DNA of 64,000 bases from Mustelus asterias (taxonomy: Eukaryota). The notes beneath the pieces were generated by a model. It was not told the origin of the DNA and did not search any database. It saw nothing but the letters and a program-made list of their open reading frames with translations. The stretch's first letter is position 1, and every line of letters starts with the position of its first letter. Made by a program: the position numbers and the translations under genes. Shown one piece after another: positions 47,220 through 60,713 of this stretch. The stretch lies in assembly GCF_964213995.1 (NCBI RefSeq), contig NC_135809.1, positions 82,584,001-82,648,000 on the forward strand. The letters run 5' to 3'.

Positions 47220-47922
47220 GTTCCATTCACCCTGTACTTCCTGACCTACATTAGCTTCTTTTCTGATAATGCATCAATATTAAAATCTTCACCCTTGTTC
47301 TCAAATTCCTCCATGACCTTGTCCATCCCTATACTGTAACCACAAGTCTTTTTAAAGTTTAAGTTTATTTATTCATGTCACAAGTTGGCTTACATTAACA
47401 TTGCAATGAAATTGCTGCGAAAATCTCCTAGTCGCCACAGTCCGGCGCCTGTTTGGGACACTGAGGGAGAATTTAGCATGGCTAATGCATCTAACCAGCA
47501 CGTCTTTCAGACTGGGAGGAAACCGGAGCACCTGAAGGAAACCCATGCAGACACGGGGAGAATGTGCAGACTCTGCAGACAGTGACTGAAGCCTGGAATT
47601 GAACCCAGGTCCCTGTGCTCCTCCAGTTCTGCAATCTTATGCATTCTCAGTTTTACTCAACTTCACTATGATGGCTGTGTCTTAAACTGTCTTGGCCCTA
47701 AGCTTTGGATTTCCCTCTCTCTAAATGTCTCAGCCCCTCAACATCCCTCCTCCTTTAAGATGCTGCTTAAAATCTACCTTTTTAACCAAGCTTTTGGTCA
47801 TCAATTCTGATCCTGCCTCTGCATCTTGGTGCCTGCTTTTGGTTGACTACACTCTTTCTGTAGCACTTTGGGACACTTGCTATGTTAAAGGTGCCACATA
47901 AATGCAAGTTTTTGCTGTTATT
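47220..47922 (+). mobile_element. L2 LINE 3' end, interrupted by a V-SINE
   Basis: ccctaagctttggatttccct, tcctttaagatgctgcttaaaatctacc and tail gttaaaggtgccacataaatgcaag. Confidence 0.75.
47352..47616 (-). mobile_element. V-SINE copy (5' end missing)
   Basis: Reverse complement of the 4368-4677 family. Confidence 0.88.
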
Positions 47923-48899
47923 GACTGGCAAATTTTGATCGCTGGGATAGTAATATACAATGCTTTGCTTGCTAGCTTTCACTATATTTCATATAAGCAT
48001 CAATTATAAATTATTCTTTTTTTGCTTACTGTATGCTAATGAGAGATACAAAATTGCAAGGAATACATGACATATGGAGATGTTGACAAGTTTGTGATGG
48101 GATAAACACATGACTCTCTGGTCTTAATTCCACAGACACAAACTGAACCTCCAGAAAAATAGCATAAACTGTGCTTTTCATCCATTTGGCCAATTTCTTT
48201 GCTGTTGCTGCCACTTTCCCACTGAGGTTGCGGGCAGAGAATAGGGCAAGCACTATGAAATTTCAGGGGCCTGCGATTTTATATGGGGCAAAAGTGCAGA
48301 CTACTGCCTGCTGTGTGATTGCATGTATATGCAAGACAGCCTTTGTTTTGTTCAAAGCTAATTGGTTGGGTAGCTGACACATAAGGCTTGGCTGCATTCC
48401 GATGCAGTCTTGTCAACTTATTGAAGGGTGAATCTATCATAAATGGGGTTTTACTTTCTTTCAACCCACCCCTGCCTTGGCTTAGATACAACTGTTTGTT
48501 TGTCTGCAATGGTTCCTTTGTACTGTAATATTACTTGAATCCCTCCTCATGGTATCTAACTCGGAGAGTTTAACATTATAGTGTAGCAAGTAGTTTTCTA
48601 TACTTTTGATTGTTTACATGATGTGTCAGAGGGATATTTTTTATTAATGATGTTCCTCAAAACCCTACTTCTGTATCAGAAGAAAATCAAGTCTTATAAT
48701 TTAGCATCCATCCTGGTCTTGATTTTTCCATTACCTGTATCAGAAGCTAAAGGAAATCAACACAGAGCATACTAGTAGAAACTGTGAATCCAAGAACTTG
48801 CCGAGAGGCACTGAGATTTTTGAGCTCAGTGTCTATTGTTCACTCAAATGAGGAAGGCTGTTTGGTGCATCTTAGTTCAGCCATCCAGAGAGACCTTAC

Positions 48900-49440
48900 A
48901 TTTTACACATTCAGCAACTCATTGGTTCTGAAATGATTCCAAGGCTTTATCTGGATGCCCAATCCATGTGTTGATCACTCCTGGTTCAAAGAAGAACTTC
49001 CAAACATTAGTCTTAATTAGCTTGAACCTGTGTCCACTTTCATACTCTTGCACTCCAATTAAAGTTGTCAAAATTCCCTGCTATATATCCCTAAGGTCAC
49101 CTTGCAGCCACTCCACTCCAGATTGACAAGTCCAAATTTCACCAGTATGGATGATGAGGTCTGATTGGTGCATGGTCCAGTTTGAACACAACTTTGTGTG
49201 ACTTGTATCCAAGCTTTTTGATATGTAGTTCAACCTTCAACTGACCTCACTAACTACTGCTCTGTATTGGTTGAGCATATTGAACATTCGATTTTTTAGA
49301 TTATATTTTCTTTTACTTCAAGTGCTATTTCAGTACCATCCGTGGAGCACATGTGCTGTTTGGTTTTTGCACTTTACACTTGTCTGCATCAAGTTTCACC
49401 TGCTATTGTTCTGCCCATTCACATATGTTTTAATTTGTGC
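48900..49440 (-). mobile_element. Very old CR1 3' fragment
   Basis: Weak similarity (ttgaacctgtgtcc, actttacacttgtctgcatcaagtttc). Confidence 0.55.
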
Positions 49441-49479
49441 AGTTTGGCTATTATGCCCTCAGTTTGTTTAAGAAATAAA

Positions 49480-49825
49480 TTTTGTTCTCTAGCACCTTTA
49501 ATGTTTCAGGACATTCCAAAGTATTTTGCAGCCAATTGAGAACGTTTGAAGTTTAGTCAGTGCTGTAATTTAGGATTTGCGCAGAAGAGGACCCAAAAAC
49601 AAATATAACTAACAATATGTTTTGGTGATGGTTGAGGGGTAATTATTAATCAGGGCCGCAAGAAGAGATCCCTTGCTCATTTATAAATAGTGCTATGGGT
49701 CCTTTACATCTCAACTGAGAGAGGGCACTTCCAAATAGCAATACTTCCTTGATGTTGCATTGCATTGTCATTCTCGATTAGGTGCTGAAACCCTCTCATG
49801 TGGGATCGAATGTGCTACCAGTGAA
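49480..49825 (-). mobile_element. Decayed DeuSINE
   Basis: aaatagtgctatgggtcctttacatctcaactgag and an L2-type tail on the minus strand. Confidence 0.6.
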
Positions 49826-51199
49826 ACTCTGCTGATACCTGCCTTGCTTTCTATATTAGCATGTAATTTCATGTGTAAGTAATTCAGCAGATGAATTCCA
49901 GTTACTCAAACTGCAATACAACTAAGTATTTGGATGGTGTGAGTGTGATGTGGGTCAGGAGAAATGACTGGCTTCCTGGTAGTATTGCATGCTGTACTGT
50001 AATTCTAGGTAAAATAAAAGGTCAGATTTGTGCATTATCAGTGGGAGGTTCTGCACGCTGTTAAGTACAATGTTTACGACCTGGTTACTTTTACAAAGAG
50101 CTGGCTATTACCATGCCTCAGTGACTGCTGACATTAAAAATAAAGGTTTCATTGGATCTAATGATGTGCTTGTAATTTCTTTCCCCATGGGTGGTCCAGT
50201 CACATTGCATCGTCCTCGAAAGCCCATCTCTGCCTGTCACGCCGAGCTGATATGAAAGATGACTGGATTCAGTGAGACCTCAAACCTGACCTGAAATGGC
50301 TAGGAACAGGGTAGGGATAGGGAGAGGAGCAGTCCAGCTTTCATGAGATGCTTGCAACATAACTGGCTATTTATACTGTTTGAAATAAAAAATGAAAAAG
50401 TGGGGTTGGGGGGGAGAGAGACAGAAGAGTATGAATGGAGAAAGTAATGGCCAGGCTGCCACTCTAGTCTCTGCAAAGATAATTTCCAATTGAGTTCTCT
50501 ACGATAGTGCAAGAAGAACAATTGGCGTTTTCAGTAGAGAAGTTCTATTTGCTGGTGGGCAGCAAGCCAGCAGTGCCACAATTTGACAGTATTAATTAAT
50601 CACCTGGGAACTCTGCTTGTCTTTGCCACGGATATTGTATCAAGATAGATGCTTGCTTCCTTTTTATGCCTGAAAGTAGGTTAAGGGATGGAACCTGCCT
50701 GATCGTTGCTGTCAAAAAGGGAGGGAAAAGGAAGGAAAAAATGCAACCATTTTCCTGGAAATGACACTTGCACTATCTATTGCCAAGCTAATAAAAACAC
50801 AGCAGGTCATGGGGATGGTCCAGTCATATCCAAATGCCTTCCTTCTGCAACATATTGTGGTAATACACAGGCAAAGTTTGTGGCACATACATGACGCCCT
50901 GATGTGTGATCTGTGTTGCTTTCAATTATTTTGTGTTGGCACTTTGGTTGATAGAATGAAGCCAAATGATTGGCAGTCTGCATCTGTCCCTTGTTTCTAT
51001 TATCCTTCACATCCACTCTTCAATGAACTCAATTCAAAAAAATCCCTGATGGTTTCCCCGTCCTCTGAGTCAGCATGCAGTGCAGCAGAGGAAAAGGATA
51101 ATTATTATTCATCTGCTATATATATGTAACATTCACTGGTGGGCCTGACAGCACGCTGTGAGCTGGTCCAGTGTGTCAAGATACTATTCATGATGTGCC

Positions 51200-51680
51200 G
51201 CATCAACATCAACTTGCCTTTATATATTGCTTTTAATGTAGTAAAATATTCCAAGTAGCTTCCAAGAACATTATCAGACAAAGTTGACTTCAAAACACAT
51301 AAGGTGGGAGAATTCCTGTGCGTAGATACTAGACATCTAAAAGCCAAGCTATCAAAGGTCGGGTGAAGGAAGTGGCTGACACACAGAAGGCCAGAGCTTG
51401 AAGATGGCAGAATTTTTGATGAATTGTTAGGGTTGGTGGAGATTGCATAGATAGTGAGAGGTGAGGCTATAAAAAGATTTGAATATGAGCATAAGAATTT
51501 TAAAATCAAGGCATTGGTGGTCTTGAAGCTAATTTAGGTCAGTGAGCAAAAGGGTGTTGATGAGTGAATGGGACTTGGTGTGAGTTAGGGGATGGGCAGC
51601 AGTGTTTTGGTTGATCACAGGTTTATAAAGGGTGAAAGATTGGAGGCTGATCATGAGAAAATTACAATAGTCAGGCTTTA
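51200..51680 (-). mobile_element. Decayed L2 3' fragment
   Basis: aacttgcctttatatattgcttttaatgtagtaaaa tail; similar to the reverse complement of 55440-55740. Confidence 0.6.
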
Positions 51681-53019
51681 CAGGCTTCTATAACAGATCA
51701 ATATGCTTCATCACATTTAATACTGGAGGAGGCAGCAGCTTGGGCAGAGAGGAGAAAGTGGTTCTCTGTTGCTGATAGTCCTTTGGAAGTTGGAAAATTC
51801 ACTTTCATCAGAATTAGCACGTGATCTGCACGGTGGGAGTCACCATCTCTGGCATAATACCAAGCCACAAAATCAGCATGCAGGAGGGAGATGGGAAGAC
51901 AGCACTCTGAGATAATGTCAGCAATTACAGAGGCATGGTAAGCGGCATGTAAAAAGTGCTGGGATAAACCCAGCCTGAGACTGTCCCCCACAATTGTCTT
52001 GGAGTTGGAGAAGGCTTATTTATAATTGGAAGAGATGTCATCCCAGGGGTGTTACGTCTTTATATTCTCAGCATTGTTTGCTTTAGTCAATGACATGTTG
52101 CTTTGTGTATAAATATCTAAGCTTACAATACATTTTATATGACTTTGCTTTCTTCACTTTATTTGACTCCATCACTGTTTAAAGAACATTGGTGGCCTGG
52201 AGAGTCAGGTCCGCAGGATGAACCAAGAAGATTCCTGATGGAAGTTGTTTGATGGAAGCCTGTTGTTTCACAACTTTGAATTTATACCAAACTACAATGG
52301 GGTCAGCGTACAGGAAACAGATTTACAGAAAAATAATGTACCAATTTTTCAACAAAATAACAGCAATAATAGTAAGCTTTTTCAGGTCAGTCATGTGCAC
52401 ATATCCTATTTGGCAAGATGACAACACCTCGAGGTGTTGAGGTGACACTGAAATTCACTGACTGCTCCCTCTATTGGATAAGGCACATTCCACACTGTTA
52501 GGAGACAATAGCACATTGAGAGATTGAGGAGTGGAACAAGTGGTTTATTAATGTTATCTCAGCCAGGCATGTGTTGACTTTTTGTCACAGTTGAGACTGC
52601 ATTATTCATTAATTTTGAATTTAAAAGATTTCTTGCCATTTCTTTAACAGAGATAAGGCTGAGATTTGAAAAGCGCGTCACTACAGCAAAATACCACTGA
52701 GATAGAATGTAATGCTTTTATGTGCCGTTTTTATTCATTTGTTTTATGAATTATATGGCACTGGGAATTTTAAAAATCAAATAACTTGTGCTGTTCAATG
52801 TATCTAATCAAAACAGTTCGGTCTTGCCTATTGTTTTCAATGGATACGTGTTACTTCACAAGTTCAGGGCCTTCATTTCAGAGGCTAACGTTTCTGTGAG
52901 TTTCAAGGTCTCTTTGCCCAGGTTGTCAATTTCTGTTCTGGCAGCTGGGCATCCTCCTCCCAAAACACATCACCAGCACACCTGCGATTTAGGCCTGACT
53001 GATCCAGTAAGATCAAGAG

Positions 53020-53190
53020 ATCATGCAAAAGAGAAGTATGTATAGGCCATTCATTGAACCTGCTCTGCCATTCAATAAGATCAGGGTTGATCTGATTGTG
53101 GCCTTAACTCCATCCTCCTGCTTGCCCCTTTGTCAATCAAAAATCTGCCTAACCTCAGCCTTGAATATATTGAATGATTGAGCCTCCACT
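53020..53190 (-). mobile_element. CR1 3' tail
   Basis: aggccattca...cctgctctgccattcaataagatc. Confidence 0.75.
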
Positions 53191-54316
53191 GGTAAAGTGA
53201 AATTGTATTTTTTGTTACAAAGGATTTAGGGATTTTTTTTAACCTGTTGGTTTTGGTCATTGCATTCTGTAGCTCTGCTGATCAAAATATTTTGATTAAT
53301 GTTGACTCAATAGTACAATTTTTAAACACAGGAAATTGCAAGAACTTGTTTATACAGCACTGAAAGAGACCTGATCAAAGTCATTTGAATTGCATCTTCC
53401 ATGAGTGTAATGTGCGATAAATTTATCCTTCTCAACCTGTTTGATCTTTGATATGGTTGATCACACTGTCCATCACCTTTCCTCCAGGGTCCAGCTGAGT
53501 GGAACTGCCCACACCTGCTTTCTGCCTTTCCTCTTCCATCATGGCTCAAGTTGCATGAAGAATCTCCTACAATGACTTCTGTTCCTGCCCTCGGCATCAT
53601 TACCTTGGAGTTCCACAAGAGTCAATCCTTGGTACCTTTCTATTCCTTGGCCCCCTTGGTGACATCACACAAAGACATGGGCCTGATTTTTTGCAATAAC
53701 GGAGAACATCTCTGTCATTACAAAAATGCTGGGAGAGACTAATGTATGGAAGCCCTGCTCCAAACATGGCACCTACCATTTTGTGGGGCTGGAATGGTCC
53801 CGGGTTAAGGGATTGTGCATGCGTGTTTCATGCAGGAAGCTGCCCACAGTCACAAATGATTTTTGTCAGCCAGGAATGGAACATATAACATGTGCAGATT
53901 TGACCTAGTAGAACCAGATCTAGACTTTTGGGCAGTCCTTCAAAGAGGAATATGGTCCTGGGACAACTCTTGGAGAGGTGAGCTGCTCTTTCAGAGAGAG
54001 AAGGTATCCTTTAAGATTGCTAAATGTGGACATAAGTATGTAAATTCATTGGAACTGTCAAGAGAGCTGTCAAGATAAACTGTCCAGAAGAACTATCAAA
54101 AGATACTATCAAGCTGTCTTGATATTTAAAACATCTGCCTTTTAAATCTTTGAAAAACAAATGGAGTATTACAGAATTGCTTGCAATTTCACTCTGTAGG
54201 CATGAGGGTTATCATTTTTGGATTTGTGCTGCATGACTGATTTCACTACCTTCTATTATCACGATCGGGTGCCTTCCATTTCACATTTTAATTGACAGCT
54301 TCAAATGATTATCGAC

Positions 54317-54789
54317 CAGTGGTGGTAAACCTGTGGCCTGGGGGCCACATGCAGCCCATCAGGGTTCTGAGTGCAGCCCACAAGACATTTTGTTGACCTT
54401 TGCTAATGCAGTGGATTGGCACATTCCACTGGTTTCCGTCCACATAGTTTTTTTCCTCCCAGTATAACTGAAGTGATAAGCCTGTAAGGCAAGGTCACAT
54501 AAAGTGTGGTGCCTGCTAATTGCTCACAACATCCACTGTGAAAGCTGTGTTCTCCCTCTGTGTCCAATCAAGCATAAATATTTATTTTGTTTTTACTGTT
54601 TGAAGTTGATATATGGATATTAGACATTTTCTATAACTCATTATGAAATATTTGGTGCATTTTGTATGTATTTAATCTTATTCAGAGGATCATGGTGAGT
54701 GAACATAACTGATTTCAATCTTGTAGCCCAGTGAGATGAAAGAGGGCAACTCAGGTGGCCCACTTAGCAGCCTAGGTTGCCTATTACTG
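54317..54789. mobile_element. hAT (Charlie-type) non-autonomous DNA transposon
   Basis: TIRs CAGTGGTGGTAAACCT / AGGTTGCCTATTACTG, subterminal GGCCC motifs, 8-bp TSD TTATCGAC/TTATAGAC. Confidence 0.85.
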
Positions 54790-55389
54790 TTATAGACTCT
54801 TTGAAACGGGACTATGAATTCTATTTTTTTAAATAGGGGGTAAGCATTTAAATGTTTGCTCTTATAAAGGATTATATAATTGAAAGAATGTAAATGTAGT
54901 GATGAGGTTATAGTGAATGTGCAAGGGCAAACGGTGGTGGATGGAGGCATGGGCTGGCACTAAGTTGACATTAAGTGTCACAGGGGCTATAAAGGGCCTT
55001 GGGAGCTATAGATTGACATGGAGGGTATGAGGGATTATGGGGGTTGTGTACAGGGGTACTGGTTGGCATGGAGGGTAGGGGGGTTTATGGAGATTGTGTG
55101 GGGGGTGAGGGCTGGAAGGCTGTTTTAATACATCTTCGGCAAAGTACCAGTGTGCCAATGCAGGCTTTCTGCCCAACTCATCACCGCACCCGACATCCTC
55201 CTTGTTCCAGGGCACTTCCTGGAGCACATTCTCCTTGGTTGGGTTCGTGGAGTCAAGAAATTTCCCAACTTTGTTCTCCTGACCCGACAGTGAAAATTCA
55301 GGCCATGATGTGAGTTCCAGCTGTACACTGATGCCATCCAGAGCAACCTCCATACCATGTCTCTCAAATCCTCCACAGCTTCTCTTTTG

Positions 55390-55745
55390 CCAGACGATTT
55401 AGAACCTAATTCCTGAGTTGAAGTCTGTTACAAAGACCAACTTGTTCTAATATGCCTGTCTCCACTCCTGCCTCAGCTTATCTGCTGCCTTTACCTCCAG
55501 ATTAAACTGTTCTAATGCCTTCTTGGCTGGCTTCTCATCTTCCACCCACCATAAACTTTTATCTCATCAAACACTGTTGTCCCTATCCTAATTCATGCCA
55601 AAACCTGTTCGCCCATTATTCTTGTGCCGCTAACTTACCTTGGCTCTCAGTCCACAAAGGTTCTTTTAAAATTCTTATCCACATGCTCAAATTCCTTCAT
55701 GGCCTTGCCCTTCCCGACTTCCTCAGTTTTCTCCATGCCTAATTA
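55390..55745 (+). mobile_element. L2 LINE fragment
   Basis: LPWLSVHKGSFKILIHMLKFLHGLA resembles the L2 LHWLPV...FKIL...LHGLAP motif. Confidence 0.7.
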
Positions 55746-55774
55746 AACTAAAATAAACTCCAAGTTTAAAACAT

Positions 55775-56557
55775 GGGCCGGATTCTCTGACCTCATCTGC
55801 AGTTGGGATTCTCCGGTTCTGTTGCTGTGAATGGAGATTTGATTGAGCACCAAGTTCTTCATTCTTGCTGGCAATGGCAGCGGGGCATGAACAGCTGGCG
55901 AGAATCACTGCTGGTGGAGACCAGGTGCCATGGCCATGCTGGGGGGATCGGAGGCCACTAACGTCCCCGGGTGGTTTGGGGCATGGGCGGACAATGCCCA
56001 TCAGGCAGTGCCAGCCTGGCAGTGCCCAGTGGATACCATAAGTGTGTCTGGGGCATGGACAAGGGAGTGTGGCCTGAGTGTGTGTGGGCTATGATGGGGA
56101 GGGGGGAGTAATGTAGGTGGGAGCTCTGCAAGGGGGTTGGTCGGCAGTGGGGAGGGCTGCATGGGGGGGTGGTCAGCAGGGAGGACTATGAGGGGGGCTA
56201 TGCAAGGGGGGGAGGCGATGGGGAGAGTGGTTTTGGAGGATGTCTCTCAGTCCACTGGGAGATTGGGGTGCCTTGTGCAATGGTGCATGAGCGCTCTGAA
56301 GCCAGATACCCTGGCATACATAGGGGGTGATCTTACCAGCTCGTCACAGCTCTTGCGATGTTACTGGCCGCGTTCTGCCGGTGCAATTAGCCTCGCGTGA
56401 TGCTGATTTAAATATTAATTTGCTAATTTTAATATTATTAGTGCGCTCAGGATGCAGTTGTCCAGGTTGAGTTGCCTTAGCGACCTTCCCGGTGGAGGTC
56501 CCCACTGGCGACAATCACATATGGTGACACTGTGAATTCTTTTGGGAAGATCGCCCC
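55775..56557. mobile_element. MITE (55775-55910) plus an adjoining GC-rich non-autonomous element remnant, probably Harbinger-type
   Basis: gggccggattctc...gagaatc TIR-like ends; terminal ggaagatcgcccc. Confidence 0.55.
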
Positions 56558-57309
56558 ATAAAGTTTACAAAGCTTGAGCATTAGCACCTGATGAAGTGGT
56601 TTTCACACCTAAATAAAAATGCTTCTCACATTAATTACCTAAAGTGCTTGAGCACCTGATGAGGTGAAAAAGCCTCTGAAATATCACTGAATTGCTTACT
56701 GGTCCATTTTAACACCTAGACAAAAATACTTGTGAAAAAAAGAGCTCGACATATTAATTGGCAAAAACGACTTAACATATTTGCTTTGGTGAGTCTGTAC
56801 AACACTTAATAAATCCAAAATGCAATTTGCATTGCCATTTTACTCATTTAAGAACTCATGCTATCACTAGAAAAGACATCAAAGTAATTTGTGCCAAGAA
56901 ATTTTGTTCTTGTAATTGTTTTATTCATTTAACAATTATTTATTTAAATTTGACTAATAAAGTAAGATGACACAATTATTGAAATATGGAGCATTTTAAC
57001 ATTGCAACTGTGACTATTCTTCATAAGTATATCATTGATTGTGAAGTGTCTGGGGTGTCCTGAGGTCATGGAAATGTTATATAAACACAAGTTTTTCTTC
57101 CCACAACAGGGTAGACCATATGACATTTGTGTCCTAACCCATTATGCAGCTAGTAATGCCAAACTATTCCTTCTCGTCAACTGCATCTTTTGAAGAAGAT
57201 AAGGAACAAATCAACCCTCTGTCCTGTCATTAATAAATTGCATTGCCTCGGGGTCACCCTCAAGAGGTAATAGAAAGAAAACAGAGAAAAAAATATACAG
57301 GAAACACTT

Positions 57310-60130
57310 TGGCATCCATCAGTCTTAAGAGATGGTGCAGGTCACTTCTGGATTGAACACTAACTGTTGTGGCTGCAGATGCCAGTACCTTTTGCAGCTG
57401 GCACAGATGAATAGAGTTCACCCAAGGTCAACTGATGTTTTTCAGGCACTCTGGTCAGACTTTCCATGCATCGACTTTAACCCGGTCAACTTGAGGTCTT
57501 GTTGCAAATGTATCGCAGACATTGCGACTGTTGGTTTCATGCCAACAGCAAGCTCATCAAAGAGCATATCTTTGGGATGTGACTGTAAATCCATTCAGCC
57601 GCACCTAGCCAACAGAGTTGCCTCTGAATCAAAACGGCAAGCATGCTGGGGATCTCTGCATGCTGGTGCATTTACATAGTCAACACTCGGGTAGTCCTGC
57701 CAGGAGTTGGCCAGTATTTATCTGAGGCAGTGGAGGTTGAAGTTGTTCAGCCACTTTTCTTGGCTTGCATAAGTTGTCCATGGCTTGAATTTCACACTTG
57801 CGTGTGAAGTTAGTGGGATTTGATGTCAGGACACAGCCCTGCTTTAGCCCGCTGCTGATCTTGAAAGCCTCCAGTGGTGCTCCATTGTAACTGATGAAAG
57901 TGTGCATGCTCTGGTGGAAAGAAGAAATGACACCCAGGAGTCCTGGCAGACAGACTATTTTCTGCAGTAGCTTAAAGTGTCTCTGCTAACAAGGTTGAAT
58001 GCCTTGGTGATGGCTACGAAGGCAATGTAGAGTGGTCGGCACTGTTTGTGATCCTTCTCCTATAACTCTTGAAGTGCGAAGATCATATCCACTATCCACC
58101 TGCCAGCTGTGAAACCATATTAAGATGCACAAAGCCAGGGTCTGCTATCTAGTCAGTGAAACCCAAGAAAATACTTTAGCAAGGAGATGCCTTGGTAATT
58201 GTGCAGCCAGTGCAATCCCTATGTTTTTGTACTGGGTGAGTAATTTTGCATCATGTTTGTCTTCAGGCACAAATCTTTCTTTCCAGCAGAGACAGAAAAG
58301 TTGAAGGTGATGCAGCAGCAGTGCCAATTTTCTGCATATGGTGATTCCAGTGGAATAACATTGTTTCTTGGGGCTTCACTGCTGTCAGAATGGTCAATGG
58401 TCTTGTAGGCCTTGACTGTGGTGAGCTCGCTATCCAGCTCCTCCATGACAGGAAAGTTTGGAATGGCACTGAGAGCTTCTTGAGTGACAACGTTCTCCAC
58501 TGCGTCGAGTTCAAGATAGTGCTGCGCCCACTTTTCCATCTGCTTGTCAGGTTCAGTGATGATCATCCCTGCCTTTGTTTCCAAGCAGGCTTATTTAGTT
58601 GCTGTGGGTTGTTGCTTTCTTGCTTCCTTCATACACCCCTCTAGCATCCTCAGATTCAGCAGCATATTGTATGTTGTTGCAGATTTTCAACCAATATTAA
58701 TTGGTGCAGTGTCTCACAATCTGTTGAGACTTGATTCTGGCAGCTCTGAGAGCGTCAAGATTTTGTTTGCTGGGACTTGCTTGTAATTCATCACTGAATC
58801 CCTTGGTTGCAGAATTAGCTTTATTTCAATTTAATACGGTTCAAGCCAGTCAGCATTCATAGAATCATAGAATCCCTACAGTGCTGAAGGAGGCCATTCG
58901 GCCCATCGAGTCTGCATTGATCATAATCCCACCCAGGCCCTATTCCCATAACTCCACATATTTACTCTGCTAATTCCCTGACACTAGGGTCAGTTTAGCA
59001 TTGCCAATCGACCTAACCCACACACCTTTGGACTGTGGTAGGAAACTGGAGCACCCGGAGGAAACCCACGCAGACAAGGGGAGAATGTGCAAATTCCACA
59101 CAGACAGTGACCCGAGGCCGGAATTGAACCCGGGTCCCTGGCGCTGTGAGGCAGCAGTGCTAACCACTGTGCCGCCCCACCTCTGATCTCTTTTCTGTAC
59201 ACAGTGAATGCAGTTACGCAGGTGATCCCATTTTCACACCCCCCTCTGGCCTTGGATGTTTTTGTTCAAAAGAACATGCTCAAAGCTATTGAGGACTGTC
59301 TGGGTCCTTTCTGGGTTACTGGTATGGCAAGTGTTGGTCTGAGGGCAATCTTACTTCTTGGAGTGGTTTAGTTTGTTAGTTTGATCTTGCTGCAACCAGC
59401 GAGTGGTCAGTGTCACAGTCAGCCATGTGATAGCTACAAGAGATGAGGACAGTGTTGAGGTTGGCATGTCTGGTGATGATGAGATCTCGCTGATCTCAGT
59501 GGCTTGATCTCGGGTATGGTACAACTTGGTTTGGAAGTAGCTATTTATCACAAAGAGTCCATGGTAACAATGTAGCTCCAGCAACCTCTGTCTATTTTGT
59601 TCATCTTGCTGATTCGCTGGTGACCTGTGCACATTGGCCAAGCTGTCTTGTCAGCACTCACCTTGCATTGAAGTCCCCTGGATGGTACAGTCCCTCAGTG
59701 ATGGGAAACCTGAGAAAGTGCCTCATTGAATTGATCCTTGACATCAGGATTGGAGGTGAGCATCGGGGTACAGGGTATAGATATACATGCATTTAACTGG
59801 ACCTGCATGTGTTGACAAGCAAAGTGCAAGAAGTCTCTCTGAGCCCTGTGTGGGGAGTTTAATCATTGCGAACAGAATGTTTTTTATAGTGAAACCATGC
59901 TCGTTGCCTCTTGAATTTTGTCCTGCTCTAAAAACCTGCAGTCTTTCTCTTTAAGGAATCCACTTTGAGTCAGCCTAGTTTCTTGCAGCACAGCAATGCC
60001 TTCATTGAGTCTTGTAAGTTCTTCGTTAATCACAGCCTTCTTGCATGTGTCATCAACCTGCAGTAATTGGTCATTGGTAAGACCAGGATGCGTGGACCCT
60101 ACGTTCTAGCTTGCAATGCAAAAGACTGGG
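57310..60130 (-). mobile_element. Decayed, internally deleted RTE-clade LINE
   Basis: N-terminal IAS*NV...AVLQETRL, APE NRQRLLEL...INSYFQTK, QMEKWAQHYLEL, RT SGLKQGCVL, C-terminal PKDMLFDELA. Confidence 0.88.
58857..59178 (-). mobile_element. Full-length HE1 SINE (CR1/HER1-type tail) inserted in the RTE
   Basis: tRNA head + V-domain + gggccgaatggcctccttc...gattctatgattctatg tail. Confidence 0.92.
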
Positions 60131-60156
60131 TTTTTTTTTGCTGAGTCTGTATTATC

Positions 60157-60462
60157 TGCTTTGGAAAAGCTGCCAGTATAATTAAGGACCCCACGCACCC
60201 TGGACAGACTCTCTTCCATCTTCTTCCTGTCGGGAAAATTTACAAAAGTCTGAGATCACATACAAACCGACTCAAGAACAGCTTCTTCCCTGCTGCCATC
60301 AGACTTTTGAATGGACTTACCTTATATTAAGTTGATCTTTCTCTACACCCTAGCTATGACTGTAACACTACATTCTGCACTCCTTTCCTTCTCTATGTAT
60401 GGTATGCTTTGTCTGGATAGCACTTTTCACTGTATATATTTGACAATAATTATTCAAATCAA
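60157..60462 (+). mobile_element. Rex1/Babar LINE 3' end
   Basis: CFGKAASIIKDPTHPGQTLFHLLPVGKIYKSLRSHTNRLKNSFFPAAIRLLN; tail ttttcactgta...tgacaataa. Confidence 0.88.
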
Positions 60463-60713
60463 GTACTGCTGTTGAACCCAGATAATAGGGAGAGGAAATT
60501 CAGTCTTTCCTGTTGCTGCTCATAATTTGCTAATGCCCAGTGGGAACAGCTACCTGTGATTGTTGAAGGAGATAGGGACTGGGTCCCAATGTGATGTCAC
60601 ACAAGGGGGAGCTTCCTGCTGGTACAAGCCTTTGAGATTCACACATGAGTAAGGGCCATTTGAACAATGTTATAGATGCTCATGATTGTTGGTGGGGCTC
60701 CAAGCCACAAGGA

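Noticed and set aside
48026-48253. Minus-strand ORF ending at a GTAAGC donor-like site
   Set aside because: Weak acceptor, unrecognised peptide and no supporting neighbouring exon.
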